A stretch of 64,000 nt of DNA from a virus, in IMG/VR virus record IMGVR_UViG_3300027419_000023. One strand, 5' to 3'. Both the position numbers and the translations under genes were made by a program. Shown in pieces: positions 1 through 9,912 of this stretch. Under the pieces are notes generated by a model. It searched no databases, was not told where the DNA came from, and saw only the letters and a program-made list of their open reading frames with translations. Position 1 is the first letter of the stretch. The number at the start of each line of letters is the position of its first letter.

Positions 1-559
1 ATTTTTCAACTTTACTATTAGGTTGTATTTTCTTGCCGTTTATGTCTAATCCTTTCTTACGTAATGCATCTCTAGCCATATTTGCTAGTAGTTCGTTTTC
101 AGGTGACGTATCATTAGCCGCTTTTACCATATTTGAGGTTGTAGCATCTAATTCGTCTCTGGGAATATTATTAGAATCTTTTATATTATTACTTTTAGTT
201 GTTTTTAATTTATCAACAGCCAGTCGTAATTCTTTATAGGTTTCCTTGCTAACTTTACCGGATGCTAACTCGGATTTAGCTTTGTCAATTAATGATCGAA
301 CATCCTTTACGTTTTCTAATAGTATTGGATCCTTGATTTTGGCAATCCGTTTTTCTGCTTTACTAGAAACTTTTTCGGCTCTTTTACCACGTCTTTCGTC
401 AACTCCTTTTTGTTTTTCGGCCTTAAGTTTTTGTTCGGTTTCGAAATTCTTTTTAGCTTCTTCCTTGTTCTTACCACAACTGAAACCTTCTCCATATTTA
501 TCTTTTGGGCACTTATAGTTTAACTTTTGATAAAATGGAATAATATCCTCGTATCTCAT
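1..559 (-). CDS. Partial CDS running off the window edge, directly downstream of portal; possible head/internal protein
   Basis: Not in the ORF track. ATG at 559, open to position 1: MRYEDIIPFYQKLNYKCPKDKYGEGFSCGKNKEE... N-terminal motif shared with 23250..23735. Confidence 0.75.
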   Translation of the reverse strand, partial: MRYEDIIPFYQKLNYKCPKDKYGEGFSCGKNKEEAKKNFETEQKLKAEKQKGVDERRGKRAEKVSSKAEKRIAKIKDPILLENVKDVRSLIDKAKSELASGKVSKETYKELRLAVDKLKTTKSNNIKDSNNIPRDELDATTSNMVKAANDTSPENELLANMARDALRKKGLDINGKKIQPNSKVEK

Positions 560-561
560 AT

Positions 562-2199
562 TTATTCCTCGTAACCGGCAAGTAGTCCTTCGGCTTCAGA
601 TAGCAAGCTATTTATATCTTCTGGATTCTCTTCAATGGTTCCTTCTTCCCCGAAAGCTGGTAGTTCGCCCATATTTTCAGGTTCCTCGCTACCACCGAAC
701 ATGCCTTCCATTCCAGGCATTCCACCAGGTTGCCCTCCTGGGGGTTGTTGGCCGCCAGTTCTCCAGATGTTAAGTTCTCGTTCCAGCACCTCTCTTTCCG
801 TCAACCCGTCCATCCAGGGTGCTGGGTCTAGTGCAGGTAACCCAACTTCTATGCGGGCCTCATTGAGTGTGGTAAGATGTAAGTTAAATTTCTGTAGAGC
901 AAGACTCTCGACTTTCTGTTGGTCTGGCGGGATCAGATTCGCCCAGTCCATTTCAATCCGGTAGCCCTCGTAACCATTCAGCTCTAAAAACTTATTCCAA
1001 AGGAGGTTCTCGAACTGGATGCTACACAAGGACTGCCAACCCTGGACCATCATTTTCAGGAGTTCCAAAAGGGGCGAAGATGTCGTTGAAATCGCTTGAG
1101 CTGCAACTTCTAAAATATCCCTGGGAAAAATATGATAGATGGCTTCCTTGATAAGGTACTGGTCAATTTCCGTGGGATTGAACGGAATCGAAGGTCGCTC
1201 CCATTGCAAGTTGATGCCTTCGGGGACAGCTACGGCAAGATCTGAATTTTGGTTTTCTACTACGACCCGAGCCATGTCCCAGAGGTCAGTGAGCATTACG
1301 TCTGCTGGAGTCGTAGTCGCACCAGGTACCGCGCTCGTAACACTCAATGGTATCTGGTTGGCTTCTAAGGCCTTTAAATAAGATTGAGGTATACCTACGG
1401 TCGCAATTTGTTTCGGACTTCCAATTCTGGTTACCGTCTGCATGACTCTCTTGCGCACGAATTCCAATTGGGCTATTGTCGACGTGATACCTGCGAGGTA
1501 AGGCTCGCCGTCCACATAGCTTGACCTTATGTCCTTAATATGTATGAGTTGTTCGGTAGGGATCTGTACGGGTACCCCAGTAGAACCATAAGGATCTTGC
1601 AGTTGCCAATACTGGTATTCATTGGATGTCTTGTCGAAAACAATGCCCTTAAGAATGTTACCGACGACGTAACGAGTTCGGTCTCCAATTGCTCCGGCTG
1701 GAGCTTGCCGAAAAGACTGGGCTGGTAATCTCTGCACGACGTCTGGTACAACATAGCCATCTTCGTCTTCCTTCCAGGTCAATTCGAAAATAGCACTGCC
1801 GTAGGTTACGACGTCGTACATAGCTTGAGAGCACATAATAGTTGTACGCAGTCGACGCTCAATTTCCTCCAGCTTGATTTTAAGTTGCTTGTCGCTATCC
1901 TCGTCGGGTTCCGAATCTGCTGGCGGTATAATATTGAACTCGAACCAAGGAAACGCAATAAGCTGTAGCTGCCATAGGGATCGAGCTACAGGAGGAGCAC
2001 GAGCCGTCTGCTCTAGTAATTTGACGTCGACTCTCCTGCCTGAAAATGTAGTATTGATATTCGGGAATGGGGCTCCAACCGGTCCAGACTTCTTGCTTTT
2101 GTTGGTTGGGTTTGCTCCAATGTCTGGTTTTATAGCCTTCTTTCTGCCCTTCTTAGGTGGTTTAGCAATATTATCAGTAATGAATGTATTTTCTGTCAT
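562..2199 (-). CDS. Portal protein
   Basis: 545 aa; YG-x-AIFEL-x-W segment, TTLNEARIEVGLPAL motif typical of portal C-termini, acidic/Gly-Pro tail; TerL in the same genome. Confidence 0.8.
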   Translation of the reverse strand: MTENTFITDNIAKPPKKGRKKAIKPDIGANPTNKSKKSGPVGAPFPNINTTFSGRRVDVKLLEQTARAPPVARSLWQLQLIAFPWFEFNIIPPADSEPDEDSDKQLKIKLEEIERRLRTTIMCSQAMYDVVTYGSAIFELTWKEDEDGYVVPDVVQRLPAQSFRQAPAGAIGDRTRYVVGNILKGIVFDKTSNEYQYWQLQDPYGSTGVPVQIPTEQLIHIKDIRSSYVDGEPYLAGITSTIAQLEFVRKRVMQTVTRIGSPKQIATVGIPQSYLKALEANQIPLSVTSAVPGATTTPADVMLTDLWDMARVVVENQNSDLAVAVPEGINLQWERPSIPFNPTEIDQYLIKEAIYHIFPRDILEVAAQAISTTSSPLLELLKMMVQGWQSLCSIQFENLLWNKFLELNGYEGYRIEMDWANLIPPDQQKVESLALQKFNLHLTTLNEARIEVGLPALDPAPWMDGLTEREVLERELNIWRTGGQQPPGGQPGGMPGMEGMFGGSEEPENMGELPAFGEEGTIEENPEDINSLLSEAEGLLAGYEE

Positions 2200-2265
2200 A
2201 GTAAGTAACCTGGAAGTAAATTACAATAGTTAATCAAATAAATGGTATGTGCTAGTTTTACGTCT

Positions 2266-2285
2266 AACCAAAAAGTATTTAACTA
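2266..2285 (+). promoter_or_regulatory. Archaeal-type BRE+TATA promoter (ACCAAAAAGTATTTAA)
   Basis: About 25 nt upstream of ORF 2307; the same motif precedes most transcription units in the window. Confidence 0.7.
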
Positions 2286-2306
2286 CCTAAAAAGATACAA
2301 CTTATT

Positions 2307-2540
2307 ATGATGTGGAACTTCAGGAAAATGGCATTACTAATGGCTGCATTAGTAGTTTTCTTGGTACCGTGCGTATTCTGGGCAATAATATGCAGTATTC
2401 TATCGTTGGATCCAATAGTAGCATTTCTCGGAGGATTCATAGTAGGATTCATAACCATTATGAATATAAATGAAGCATTTAAACAAATCTTTATCCAACA
2501 TTACGAGTGGTTCGAACGTGGCTGGATCAGACTTTGGTAA
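2307..2540 (+). CDS. Small membrane protein (2 TM)
   Basis: Two hydrophobic helices; follows promoter. Confidence 0.6.
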   Translation: MMWNFRKMALLMAALVVFLVPCVFWAIICSILSLDPIVAFLGGFIVGFITIMNINEAFKQIFIQHYEWFERGWIRLW

Positions 2541-2561
2541 CTAATATAGAGGTGAATAAAA

Positions 2562-2699
2562 ATGGATAATTGGGAAATTCTATTGTTAATAGCTGCCGTA
2601 ATGAATATAGTTGTCGCGTTTGTATTGCCAGGTTTTGAAGGTGCAGCTAATCTACTAGTAGGACTCGCATGCTTAGTAGCATACATTATTCTTGAATGA
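2562..2699 (+). CDS. Small membrane protein (45 aa)
   Basis: GAGGTG RBS; MDNWEILLLIAAVMNIVVAFVLPG...; below ORF-track cutoff. Confidence 0.55.
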   Translation: MDNWEILLLIAAVMNIVVAFVLPGFEGAANLLVGLACLVAYIILE

Positions 2700-2713
2700 A
2701 CATGGAGGTTGCA

Positions 2714-2917
2714 ATGAGAGCTAGAGATATTAAGCCCGGGATGCCAGTATTATTGGGAAGTAGGTATTTTCCGAACGAAGTACCCGGCATCGTAATAGGA
2801 ATTCCATATAAAGTTGGCTACAGTCGCATATCCAGATGCGATGTAATGACCTATGATGGCGTTAATATAACAGCTAGCGTACGTAATATATCAGTATGCG
2901 GTCGTCGTTCCTTATGA
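2714..2917 (+). CDS. Paralog family A (small SH3/KOW-like beta protein)
   Basis: GGAGG RBS; KPGMPV...GIV...VMTYDG pattern shared with neighbours. Confidence 0.6.
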   Translation: MRARDIKPGMPVLLGSRYFPNEVPGIVIGIPYKVGYSRISRCDVMTYDGVNITASVRNISVCGRRSL

Positions 2918-3144
2918 AACTACGAGAATGTAAGATAGGGCTACCAGTAAGAGTAAAATCAGTATATCATTCTCATCCACTCGAAGGCTTTATATACAGA
3001 ATAGGGAAATTAGAATTACCTCAGAATAGTTGGGATGATACCATAAAAGTAGTTTACGTTATGCTAACAACAGGTGATCATATTACAATGAGATCCTTAA
3101 GTCGACTTAACCCCATCCAGAGGAATGGTCATGAAACCACATGA
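2914..3144 (+). CDS. Paralog family A
   Basis: ECKIGLPV...GFI...VMLTTGD. Confidence 0.6.
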   Translation: MKLRECKIGLPVRVKSVYHSHPLEGFIYRIGKLELPQNSWDDTIKVVYVMLTTGDHITMRSLSRLNPIQRNGHETT

Positions 3145-3319
3145 ATGCACGCCCGGTAAAGCAATATACCATAAGTATGATTTCTATGCTATAATCGCAA
3201 GGCAGACAAGGATAAGTAATATTACCGGCAAATTGATGATTAGAGTAATAAGAACAAATGGATCCGAATTCTGGGCATATCCAGAGAGTATGATCGATAT
3301 GGAAATGGTTGAGAAGTAG
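3131..3319 (+). CDS. Paralog family A
   Basis: ECTPGKAI...VIRTNG..FWAYP. Confidence 0.55.
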   Translation: MKPHECTPGKAIYHKYDFYAIIARQTRISNITGKLMIRVIRTNGSEFWAYPESMIDMEMVEK

Positions 3320-3334
3320 TGACTCGGAGCATAT

Positions 3335-3427
3335 ATGTTAACTACTGGAAAATCTATATATGTTGTTCCTAAAGGGCCGCATCCAGATGGCTTCGTAACT
3401 AGACTTATTCATCCTTGGGAGAGGTAA
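3335..3427 (+). pseudogene. Truncated remnant of paralog family A (C-terminal half)
   Basis: MLTTGKSIYVVP matches VMLTTGDLVYVFP of 3432..3722. Confidence 0.4.
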
Positions 3428-3431
3428 TTCC

Positions 3432-3722
3432 ATGAGAAAATCTGATTGCAAACCAGGAATAGCAGTGGATATCAATACGAGTATTTGGGTACCACGTTCT
3501 GGTACTCGTTACTATGACACTTATAGACTTAGGCTAGATGACCCATCCGGCATCATAACGAAATATCGTACTATAGAAACTATGGGCCGGAACTATCACT
3601 ATACTATTGAGTTTGGCAAACGTAAAAAGATCTATCAAACCGAATGCAAAATCGGCGTAATGTTAACCACCGGAGATCTAGTTTATGTCTTTCCTAATGA
3701 GATGACTAGGAGGCAACCATAG
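3432..3722 (+). CDS. Paralog family A
   Basis: DCKPGIAV...GII...VMLTTGD. Confidence 0.6.
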   Translation: MRKSDCKPGIAVDINTSIWVPRSGTRYYDTYRLRLDDPSGIITKYRTIETMGRNYHYTIEFGKRKKIYQTECKIGVMLTTGDLVYVFPNEMTRRQP

Positions 3723-3907
3723 TGGACATATCTGAATGTAAACTAGGTTTAGCAGTAATTCATCGAGTTGGAGTAGAAGGAATTATAGTATCATTACCAA
3801 AGAAACGTAATATGAATATGCATCATAATTTATACTCGGTTGATATCATAACAACAGAAGGATTTCGCGAAATGTCCTTCTTAGAAAACTTATCACTAAA
3901 AAAATAG
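3722..3907 (+). CDS. Paralog family A
   Basis: ECKLGLAV...GIIVSLP...IITTEG. Confidence 0.6.
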   Translation: MDISECKLGLAVIHRVGVEGIIVSLPKKRNMNMHHNLYSVDIITTEGFREMSFLENLSLKK

Positions 3908-3916
3908 GTAAATGTT

Positions 3917-4105
3917 ATGCAACCAGAAGACTGCAAAATAGGAACTTCCGTGATATATCGTGGCATAATAATCCATGATATAGCAGGATTTATAATAAAA
4001 TTGCCATATTATCCAGAATACGATAAAATTAATTTATTTGTAAGAATAATGACAGTATGCGGTAATGATATAGTAGTGAGAATAGAACGTCTGGAAAAAT
4101 TATAA
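3917..4105 (+). CDS. Paralog family A
   Basis: DCKIGTSV...GFIIKLP...IMTVCG. Confidence 0.6.
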   Translation: MQPEDCKIGTSVIYRGIIIHDIAGFIIKLPYYPEYDKINLFVRIMTVCGNDIVVRIERLEKL

Positions 4106-4178
4106 ATTTGGTCCATCCGTATGAATTATTACAATATCGTTGCAGTCTGATACGAGTAGAGCTATGTTATCAGGTACC

Positions 4179-4526
4179 TTACTTTTCCGTATAATGATCC
4201 TGATAATCTAAAAAGCTATGATAACTCAGGATTGATTCTGATTCTTTTATAATAGTTACTTCCATTGCTTTCTGCAAAAGTTTATCGTGGTTTTTCGCAT
4301 AGCGTTTAATTAATGTTTTTATTTTATAATAAGATTTTCTATTCGGTTTTAATCCATAGTACCTATTATGTATTCCACAATGGCATTTATGGCAAACATC
4401 TAATGTATTGTTATGAATACCGGTTAACATATTTCTTGGTATAATATGATGTCGCTCTATACTATTATGTTCATCTCCGTACGTGCCGCATATGAAGCAT
4501 ATTTTAGGACTTATTATTGTCGCCAT
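4179..4526 (-). CDS. HNH endonuclease
   Basis: CxxC...HHIIP...N...CxxCH...H. Confidence 0.8.
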   Translation of the reverse strand: MATIISPKICFICGTYGDEHNSIERHHIIPRNMLTGIHNNTLDVCHKCHCGIHNRYYGLKPNRKSYYKIKTLIKRYAKNHDKLLQKAMEVTIIKESESILSYHSFLDYQDHYTEK

Positions 4527-4604
4527 AGCATCACTGGTAGTTATATGTTGTCTGGGAATAAATACTTTATGGTCGGGTATAAAAAATAAAAAAAGGGAAA
4601 GCAG

Positions 4605-5255
4605 TTACGGTCCAGCGGTCCATTGTTTCATGACTAGGTATTTCGACTGTCCATTCTGCGATCTTTCCAGTGAGGATAATCTCTGCTCGATGATAGCAAC
4701 CCGTTTCTGGAGGGCATATATTCTTTCTGCTAATGTTTCTGGGATACTGTACAGATCATCAGAATATTTGCGGGCCTCTTCTTGTCGCTTCTCGATGGCA
4801 GATAGTCGCGCGTCTGTTTTTTCATTGAATTGGTTTTGGGGCGTGTTGATCGGCGGAGCAAGATGCTTGGCAACTTCTTCCGGCGTAAGTTTTCTCAAGT
4901 TATCGGCTGTATAAAAAGCTGTTTCATATCCGCTATAACAATCTACGCAATTTCGAATGCCGCCAAAGCCGAGAATATCTTGACATTCATGAGGACCGTT
5001 AGTTATGCAAAACACATTTTTTTCTTGAAATTGAGAGAAATATGTTGGCGATCCAATTATCTCAACCCAGTCACCGACCTTCAAACTCGGTACTAGCTCC
5101 AAAGATCCCCAAGGAAACCAAGGTAGATCACGAGTCGAAAAGTATATATCGTCGCGCTCAGTGATTTTAAATCTTTTTCCGATATGGGCATTACTACCGC
5201 ATCTAGTTGGTCCTGTCACAACTACTTCGTCTCCGATATTGAAATGCACTTTCAA
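4605..5255 (-). CDS. Hypothetical protein (tandem SH3-like 'GDxV' modules + coiled coil)
   Basis: IGDEVVV and VGDWVEI repeats; own promoter at about 5285-5301. Confidence 0.55.
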   Translation of the reverse strand: MKVHFNIGDEVVVTGPTRCGSNAHIGKRFKITERDDIYFSTRDLPWFPWGSLELVPSLKVGDWVEIIGSPTYFSQFQEKNVFCITNGPHECQDILGFGGIRNCVDCYSGYETAFYTADNLRKLTPEEVAKHLAPPINTPQNQFNEKTDARLSAIEKRQEEARKYSDDLYSIPETLAERIYALQKRVAIIEQRLSSLERSQNGQSKYLVMKQWTAGP

Positions 5256-5783
5256 ACCTCCATGTTATTGTAAGTTCGCTTAGTTTAAATACTTTTTGGT
5301 CAATCAGATTCTACTAGGGCAATCAATATTGCAAAGATCAAAGCAAGTATTCCTGCGGCTACGTGGCCTATGTAAAAACAACCAACCAGTCAGTGCTATC
5401 ATTCCCAATGTTATAAATGGCATTCCCATACTTATTCAACCTCCTTAACCAAATATGTGATTCCACGTCCTTTCCAGCCATTCAACATCTGGAGTTTATT
5501 GCGAATGAAATGGGCTTCCCATTCCAGCCAGTATCTCCCGGGAAGTATCTTAGCTTCGGATGCCTCCTCGTCGTTATAATACCAAATGATTATGAACATG
5601 GAAATCCTTGAAAAATATTAGTTAGGTTCGTAGCACTACCGGAAGTTCACTAGCAAGTATTGCAAACCTAACATCGATACGGCTACTCCAATCCATCTTG
5701 CCCACTATTTATCACACTTAATAAATGCAGCCATCCCAACGTAAAATACAAATATTGCTATTAAATTTTCCAAGCTAATCATT

Positions 5784-6119
5784 CTAATCTCCTCCAATCA
5801 TTGGCTCGGTATTGTTCTTTACTAGGTCCAGTAAAGCCGCATACTTTTTCTTAGCTAGTTCGGTCTTCTCGGAACCAAGCTCTCCTTCCAAGACTCTTAC
5901 TAGGAGCTTGAGCAAACAAATTTCCTGTTCGGCGTCTTTCAACGTGTACTTCTGGTAGTGTAGCCTCTTGCCGTACTTTTCGCAAGGCTTATAGGTCACG
6001 TATGGAACCAGGTCCTTTTTCAAGGCATCAATTTCGGAATCCTTAATTCGGATTTCAAGTTTAAGACCACGTATTTCGTTTTCCAAATGGAAAACTTTCC
6101 TTGTATTGAATATGTCCAT
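5784..6119 (-). CDS. Coiled-coil hypothetical protein
   Basis: GGAGG RBS before ATG at 6119. Confidence 0.55.
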   Translation of the reverse strand: MDIFNTRKVFHLENEIRGLKLEIRIKDSEIDALKKDLVPYVTYKPCEKYGKRLHYQKYTLKDAEQEICLLKLLVRVLEGELGSEKTELAKKKYAALLDLVKNNTEPMIGGD

Positions 6120-6214
6120 GTCAGGCCTCCTATTTTCAAGAAAGAAAAGAACTGCAAACGCAGTCCTTACCTTCTTGGTTTGTTTGGGCACTCTACTATA
6201 AGTACTACCTGTAC

Positions 6215-6439
6215 TTAAAGCTTTTGGTACTTTTGCTCTTCTAACATCATTATTATCTTTGCGATCTTTCGAGCATTATCGTTGTTTCCGGTTATTCTTT
6301 CGTCAAGTGCATGCTTTTCCAAACATGATATGATATTATATAAATCATGATCGGTTATTTTAATAGTCATTTCGATTGGTGGGATTGGTTCCAAACGATC
6401 TAAACGCATTTTTAAAACACTATGGTTGATGTAACCCAT
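6215..6439 (-). CDS. Hypothetical protein
   Basis: ORF in minus-strand run. Confidence 0.45.
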   Translation of the reverse strand: MGYINHSVLKMRLDRLEPIPPIEMTIKITDHDLYNIISCLEKHALDERITGNNDNARKIAKIIMMLEEQKYQKL

Positions 6440-6699
6440 TTCAATATCACGTCCGTTTATAACTTAGTAAGTTTCAAACTTTTGGTTACTTACCACTTAA
6501 TTTATCTTCTTGATTAAATTTTCTTAGTATTTCTAATGCTTTGCGATTTATGATTTCAGTTTGTTCTTGTTCACGAACTATTCTATCTAATTCTATTACT
6601 CCTAGTTCCATGTATGTCATTGATATCACTAAGTTATTTCTTAGCTATAAGTATTTAAAGCTTTTGACTAATGATACTGTAATTATTTCTTTTTCTCTC

Positions 6700-6900
6700 T
6701 TTTTCTTATAGTAATATATATTACTATATATTACTTATATTACTATATATAGTAGTAATAGTAATATAGTATATAATATATATAGTAATATAGTAGAATA
6801 AGTAGCTAGATACAGTATATATAGTAATATAGTAGTTTTATTAGTAAAGTATTTTTGTTTTTAATAGGCTAAGTAGAGAGAAGTACCCTATTGTTAGGAC
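6700..6900. repeat. AT-rich iteron-like element 1 (putative replication origin)
   Basis: Non-coding; TAGTAATATA at 6709, 6759, 6783, 6822 plus inverted TATATTACTA copies; homologous to 62700-62900. Confidence 0.6.
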
Positions 6901-6966
6901 TAAATATTAAACGAGTAGCCAATAACGATTTCTTCAAAAACTAGCAAAAATAGTAATATAGTTAGT

Positions 6967-7870
6967 TTATACCTGAACGTCCTTTGATATCTTATGTATT
7001 AGGAAATCGTGACGGGTTTCAATTACTTCCGTTTCTATTCCTTGAGACCTCATGTCCTCAGCAACATCATGAGCGAATCTCCATTCCTTGGTATTGGTCA
7101 GTTCCACTTCGATAGTCCCGAATCCATACCGAATGCTATAAAATATTCCCCATGGATCTAAGATTTCCTTCTGGATTCTGACAGATGAGAATCCCGGCGT
7201 TGGGTCTGCGATCCAAGGCAATTAAATCACCTCAGAAAGCTTGCCAACTTCGCATACGATTACTTCTTCCTGTTTGTAGAGCGGACCACGAGCTATGAGC
7301 AGCTTGGACGCGAAATCTCCGAAGTTCTTTCTGGCCAGGATATCCGAATACCAGATATCTTTTACGAAACGATAAATCGCTAGTTCCAAGTTGCTAGTGG
7401 AATGTACCGAAAGTCCTGGAGATTCGAAACCAAGTTCGTTTGACTTCCATATGGCGTATTGCATAATCTTAGGCGATGTTACCATTCAAATCATCCCGAA
7501 TTTCTCTTTTAATGCCAACAATCGTTTATCGGTTTTCTCCATGAGTATCGAGCATTCCTCTTTTGTCATTGCTCGTTGGTGATCCATTACAAACATAGTA
7601 GCATCGTATGAAGTCCATGCAACAGATAACGACTTTTCTAGTTCCTTTATGTAATCGGTTACTGGGTTAGCGGGCATCTCAGGCCACCTCACCGTGAAAT
7701 TTTTTTGCGATCACAAATGCTAGATCGATCCCAAAAGTGGGAATGAAACCTCTCATCGAGATCCGGAAACCTATTTCATCCATTGCCATATCTTTCTCGT
7801 TCGGAAAGACTACATGAAATCTTCTCTGAGGCTCTCTGGCAAGGATTGCTTTTGCTTCTTCGTATTGCAT
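6967..7870 (-). CDS. Four small hypothetical ORFs (6967-7221, 7222-7485, 7486-7692, 7679-7870)
   Basis: Abutting minus-strand ORFs downstream of the promoter at about 7908-7923. Confidence 0.5.
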
Positions 7871-7955
7871 CTTATTTCACCTTCAAGTACTAATAGTACC
7901 TACGAGAATAAATAGTTTTTGGTCGAGCTACTAAGCCAAATGTATAAATAGTAGT
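7871..7955. promoter_or_regulatory. Divergent BRE/TATA promoter pair
   Basis: Minus: ACCAAAAACTATTTAT (7908-7923); plus: GCCAAATGTATAAATA (7935-7950). Confidence 0.6.
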
Positions 7956-7973
7956 AAAAACTAAACTAACGTT

Positions 7974-8411
7974 ATGAAAGTTATTGACTACGATCCATCG
8001 GAAAAGATCCCTCCGATTATGGAGAAGGATATAAATAGTAAGCTAATAATATCGACGTTAGTATCTCCGACTAAAATACTTTTTCTTAGTTACATGCAAA
8101 AAGAAAATATATCAGGGAATAAATTACGATTTCGCGGAATTTGTTTCGGTGGGGTAGACAAGATGGATACTAAAAATACTCGTGATCCTGTAACCTGGTC
8201 AGATAGTCCTAACCACGGAGAAACTATAATAGAACTACTAATCAATCTATATGAAAGTTATTCCGAAATAAACTGGATAGTAACATTCCTTATATTAGAA
8301 TCCGATAGTGATCTACGAGACTTTATGACCAGTTATAATCTGCATGGAACTCCGTTCGGATCCGAATTATTAACCTATTGGAAACGTCTAACAAATACAG
8401 AGGTAATGTAA
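7974..8411 (+). CDS. Paralog family B
   Basis: MKVIDYDPSEKIPPIMEKDINSKLII N-terminal motif; ...LILES. Confidence 0.65.
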   Translation: MKVIDYDPSEKIPPIMEKDINSKLIISTLVSPTKILFLSYMQKENISGNKLRFRGICFGGVDKMDTKNTRDPVTWSDSPNHGETIIELLINLYESYSEINWIVTFLILESDSDLRDFMTSYNLHGTPFGSELLTYWKRLTNTEVM

Positions 8412-8647
8412 TGTCTCTTAAAGTCGGTCAGTCAATTACTCTAGGAGATGGTCGTCAAGGCATCATAAAGTATATAAGTCCCAGGAAAGAACTAGTAAAC
8501 GAATATGCAACAGGTGACTCATATCCGACTAGTTCGTATGAACGTCGAGAAGTCACTGTCATTTTAAGGAATGGCTTTCAGGTTACTACGAAATTGAGAA
8601 CTGGATCTAGTTATTTGGGAACAAACATATGGTCGAGGTTTTACTAA
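8411..8647 (+). CDS. Small beta protein, possibly a distant family A member
   Basis: LKVGQSI...GIIKYI...VILRNG. Confidence 0.5.
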   Translation: MSLKVGQSITLGDGRQGIIKYISPRKELVNEYATGDSYPTSSYERREVTVILRNGFQVTTKLRTGSSYLGTNIWSRFY

Positions 8648-9138
8648 TGTTACGAGAAATATTTAATAAGTTTAGCGGTCAGAAACCGTCAGAACAGGTG
8701 GCCAAAGCACGTCATGCCGAAGATGAGACATTCAATTCTAACCTAACGTTATCTGAATGCAGTGACAAGTTGATCAGGAAGTACGTTCCCGAGGAATATT
8801 TATATGACGTTGAATGTACAAGAGCTGAGAAACTCGTAACAGACAGTAATTTCGATTATTATATCGTAATAAACAAAGACGATTTCGGTAATAAATTATA
8901 TCGTATTCATATATATAAACAGGATTTGGTTAATACTAGACATACAAATAGAACAACAAGTCTTTCTGATTCCGAAACTTGCAAGTTCATCATCGAACAT
9001 TTCGAGGACATCAAAAAGTATCTATTGTCCCGAGTGGATAAAATTCAAGAGGAAACCAACGCTAAGAAAAACGAAAGGATTAGAACTCAACACTGCCTAA
9101 GCAAGTTGAATAGACTTATAGAGAGTGATCGACTTTGA
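8647..9138 (+). CDS. Hypothetical protein
   Basis: Translationally coupled ORF. Confidence 0.55.
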   Translation: MLREIFNKFSGQKPSEQVAKARHAEDETFNSNLTLSECSDKLIRKYVPEEYLYDVECTRAEKLVTDSNFDYYIVINKDDFGNKLYRIHIYKQDLVNTRHTNRTTSLSDSETCKFIIEHFEDIKKYLLSRVDKIQEETNAKKNERIRTQHCLSKLNRLIESDRL

Positions 9139-9557
9139 AAACAATAAGCAAGGATCCAGTTATTTGTATACCAAACGTCATGGAATGTGACATCAACAAG
9201 AAAATAATATTATTATATCTTCAAGATGAAGATACGAAATGGCTTTATGTTGCAGTGAAAATCGAGGATTTTATAGGTTTTATAGGTTGGTTTGGATGTA
9301 GTGTATCATGGAGCATTCCAGCCTACTGGAAGATAAAAAATTCCCTAATCGAACTCATATCAGAACCATATTCGAATCAATATAGTAGTTTCGAAAAGGA
9401 CATTTACATATTGGATTCATTGGAGGAACTTGAAATTAAACTAAGTGAAATGCCTTGCGAAATCAGTTGTGTCCTTAGAGACACAATACTATATTATGGC
9501 AATAGAATATGGATAAAGGAGATAGATTTAAATGAAACTACAATACGTTCCACATGA
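9135..9557 (+). CDS. Paralog family B
   Basis: MKTISKDPVICIPNVMECDINKKII. Confidence 0.65.
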   Translation: MKTISKDPVICIPNVMECDINKKIILLYLQDEDTKWLYVAVKIEDFIGFIGWFGCSVSWSIPAYWKIKNSLIELISEPYSNQYSSFEKDIYILDSLEELEIKLSEMPCEISCVLRDTILYYGNRIWIKEIDLNETTIRST

Positions 9558-9912
9558 CTACGATTATATGGAGCCTTAGGATATGTACGAAACGTTGTTT
9601 AATTTTATTACGGAAATTATAATACCGATACTGATATTACTTGCCATAATATTCGTGGGATCGTATGCAACGATTTTCTATACAATTGCCGCCTTTCCAA
9701 TAACGATAGTTCTTGGTTTGTTATGGATGGTTTATATAGTACATATAGGAGTTTAGTTTATGTTAAGAAATATTAGCATATTTAATGTCATACCGGAAAC
9801 CAACTGTAAGATCAGCCAACTAACCAAAGATCTATATGCATGGCATGACCCATTTTACAATATACCGTTTGAATCATCCCGTTATTGCAAATGCTGTGGT
9901 AGGAGGTTATAA

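Noticed and set aside
33-2233. Plus-strand ORFs over portal and the upstream gene, and similar antisense ORFs over TerL, PolB, helicase, que genes and 35033-36249
   Set aside because: Shadow frames of clearly coding minus-strand genes; no RBS or motifs
2307-2699. Holin call for the two small membrane proteins
   Set aside because: No adjacent lysin and no family-specific motif; hydrophobicity alone is insufficient
6700-6850. CRISPR array in the AT-rich repeats (also 62700-62850)
   Set aside because: 10-nt units with irregular low-complexity spacing; no 25-40 nt repeats with unique spacers
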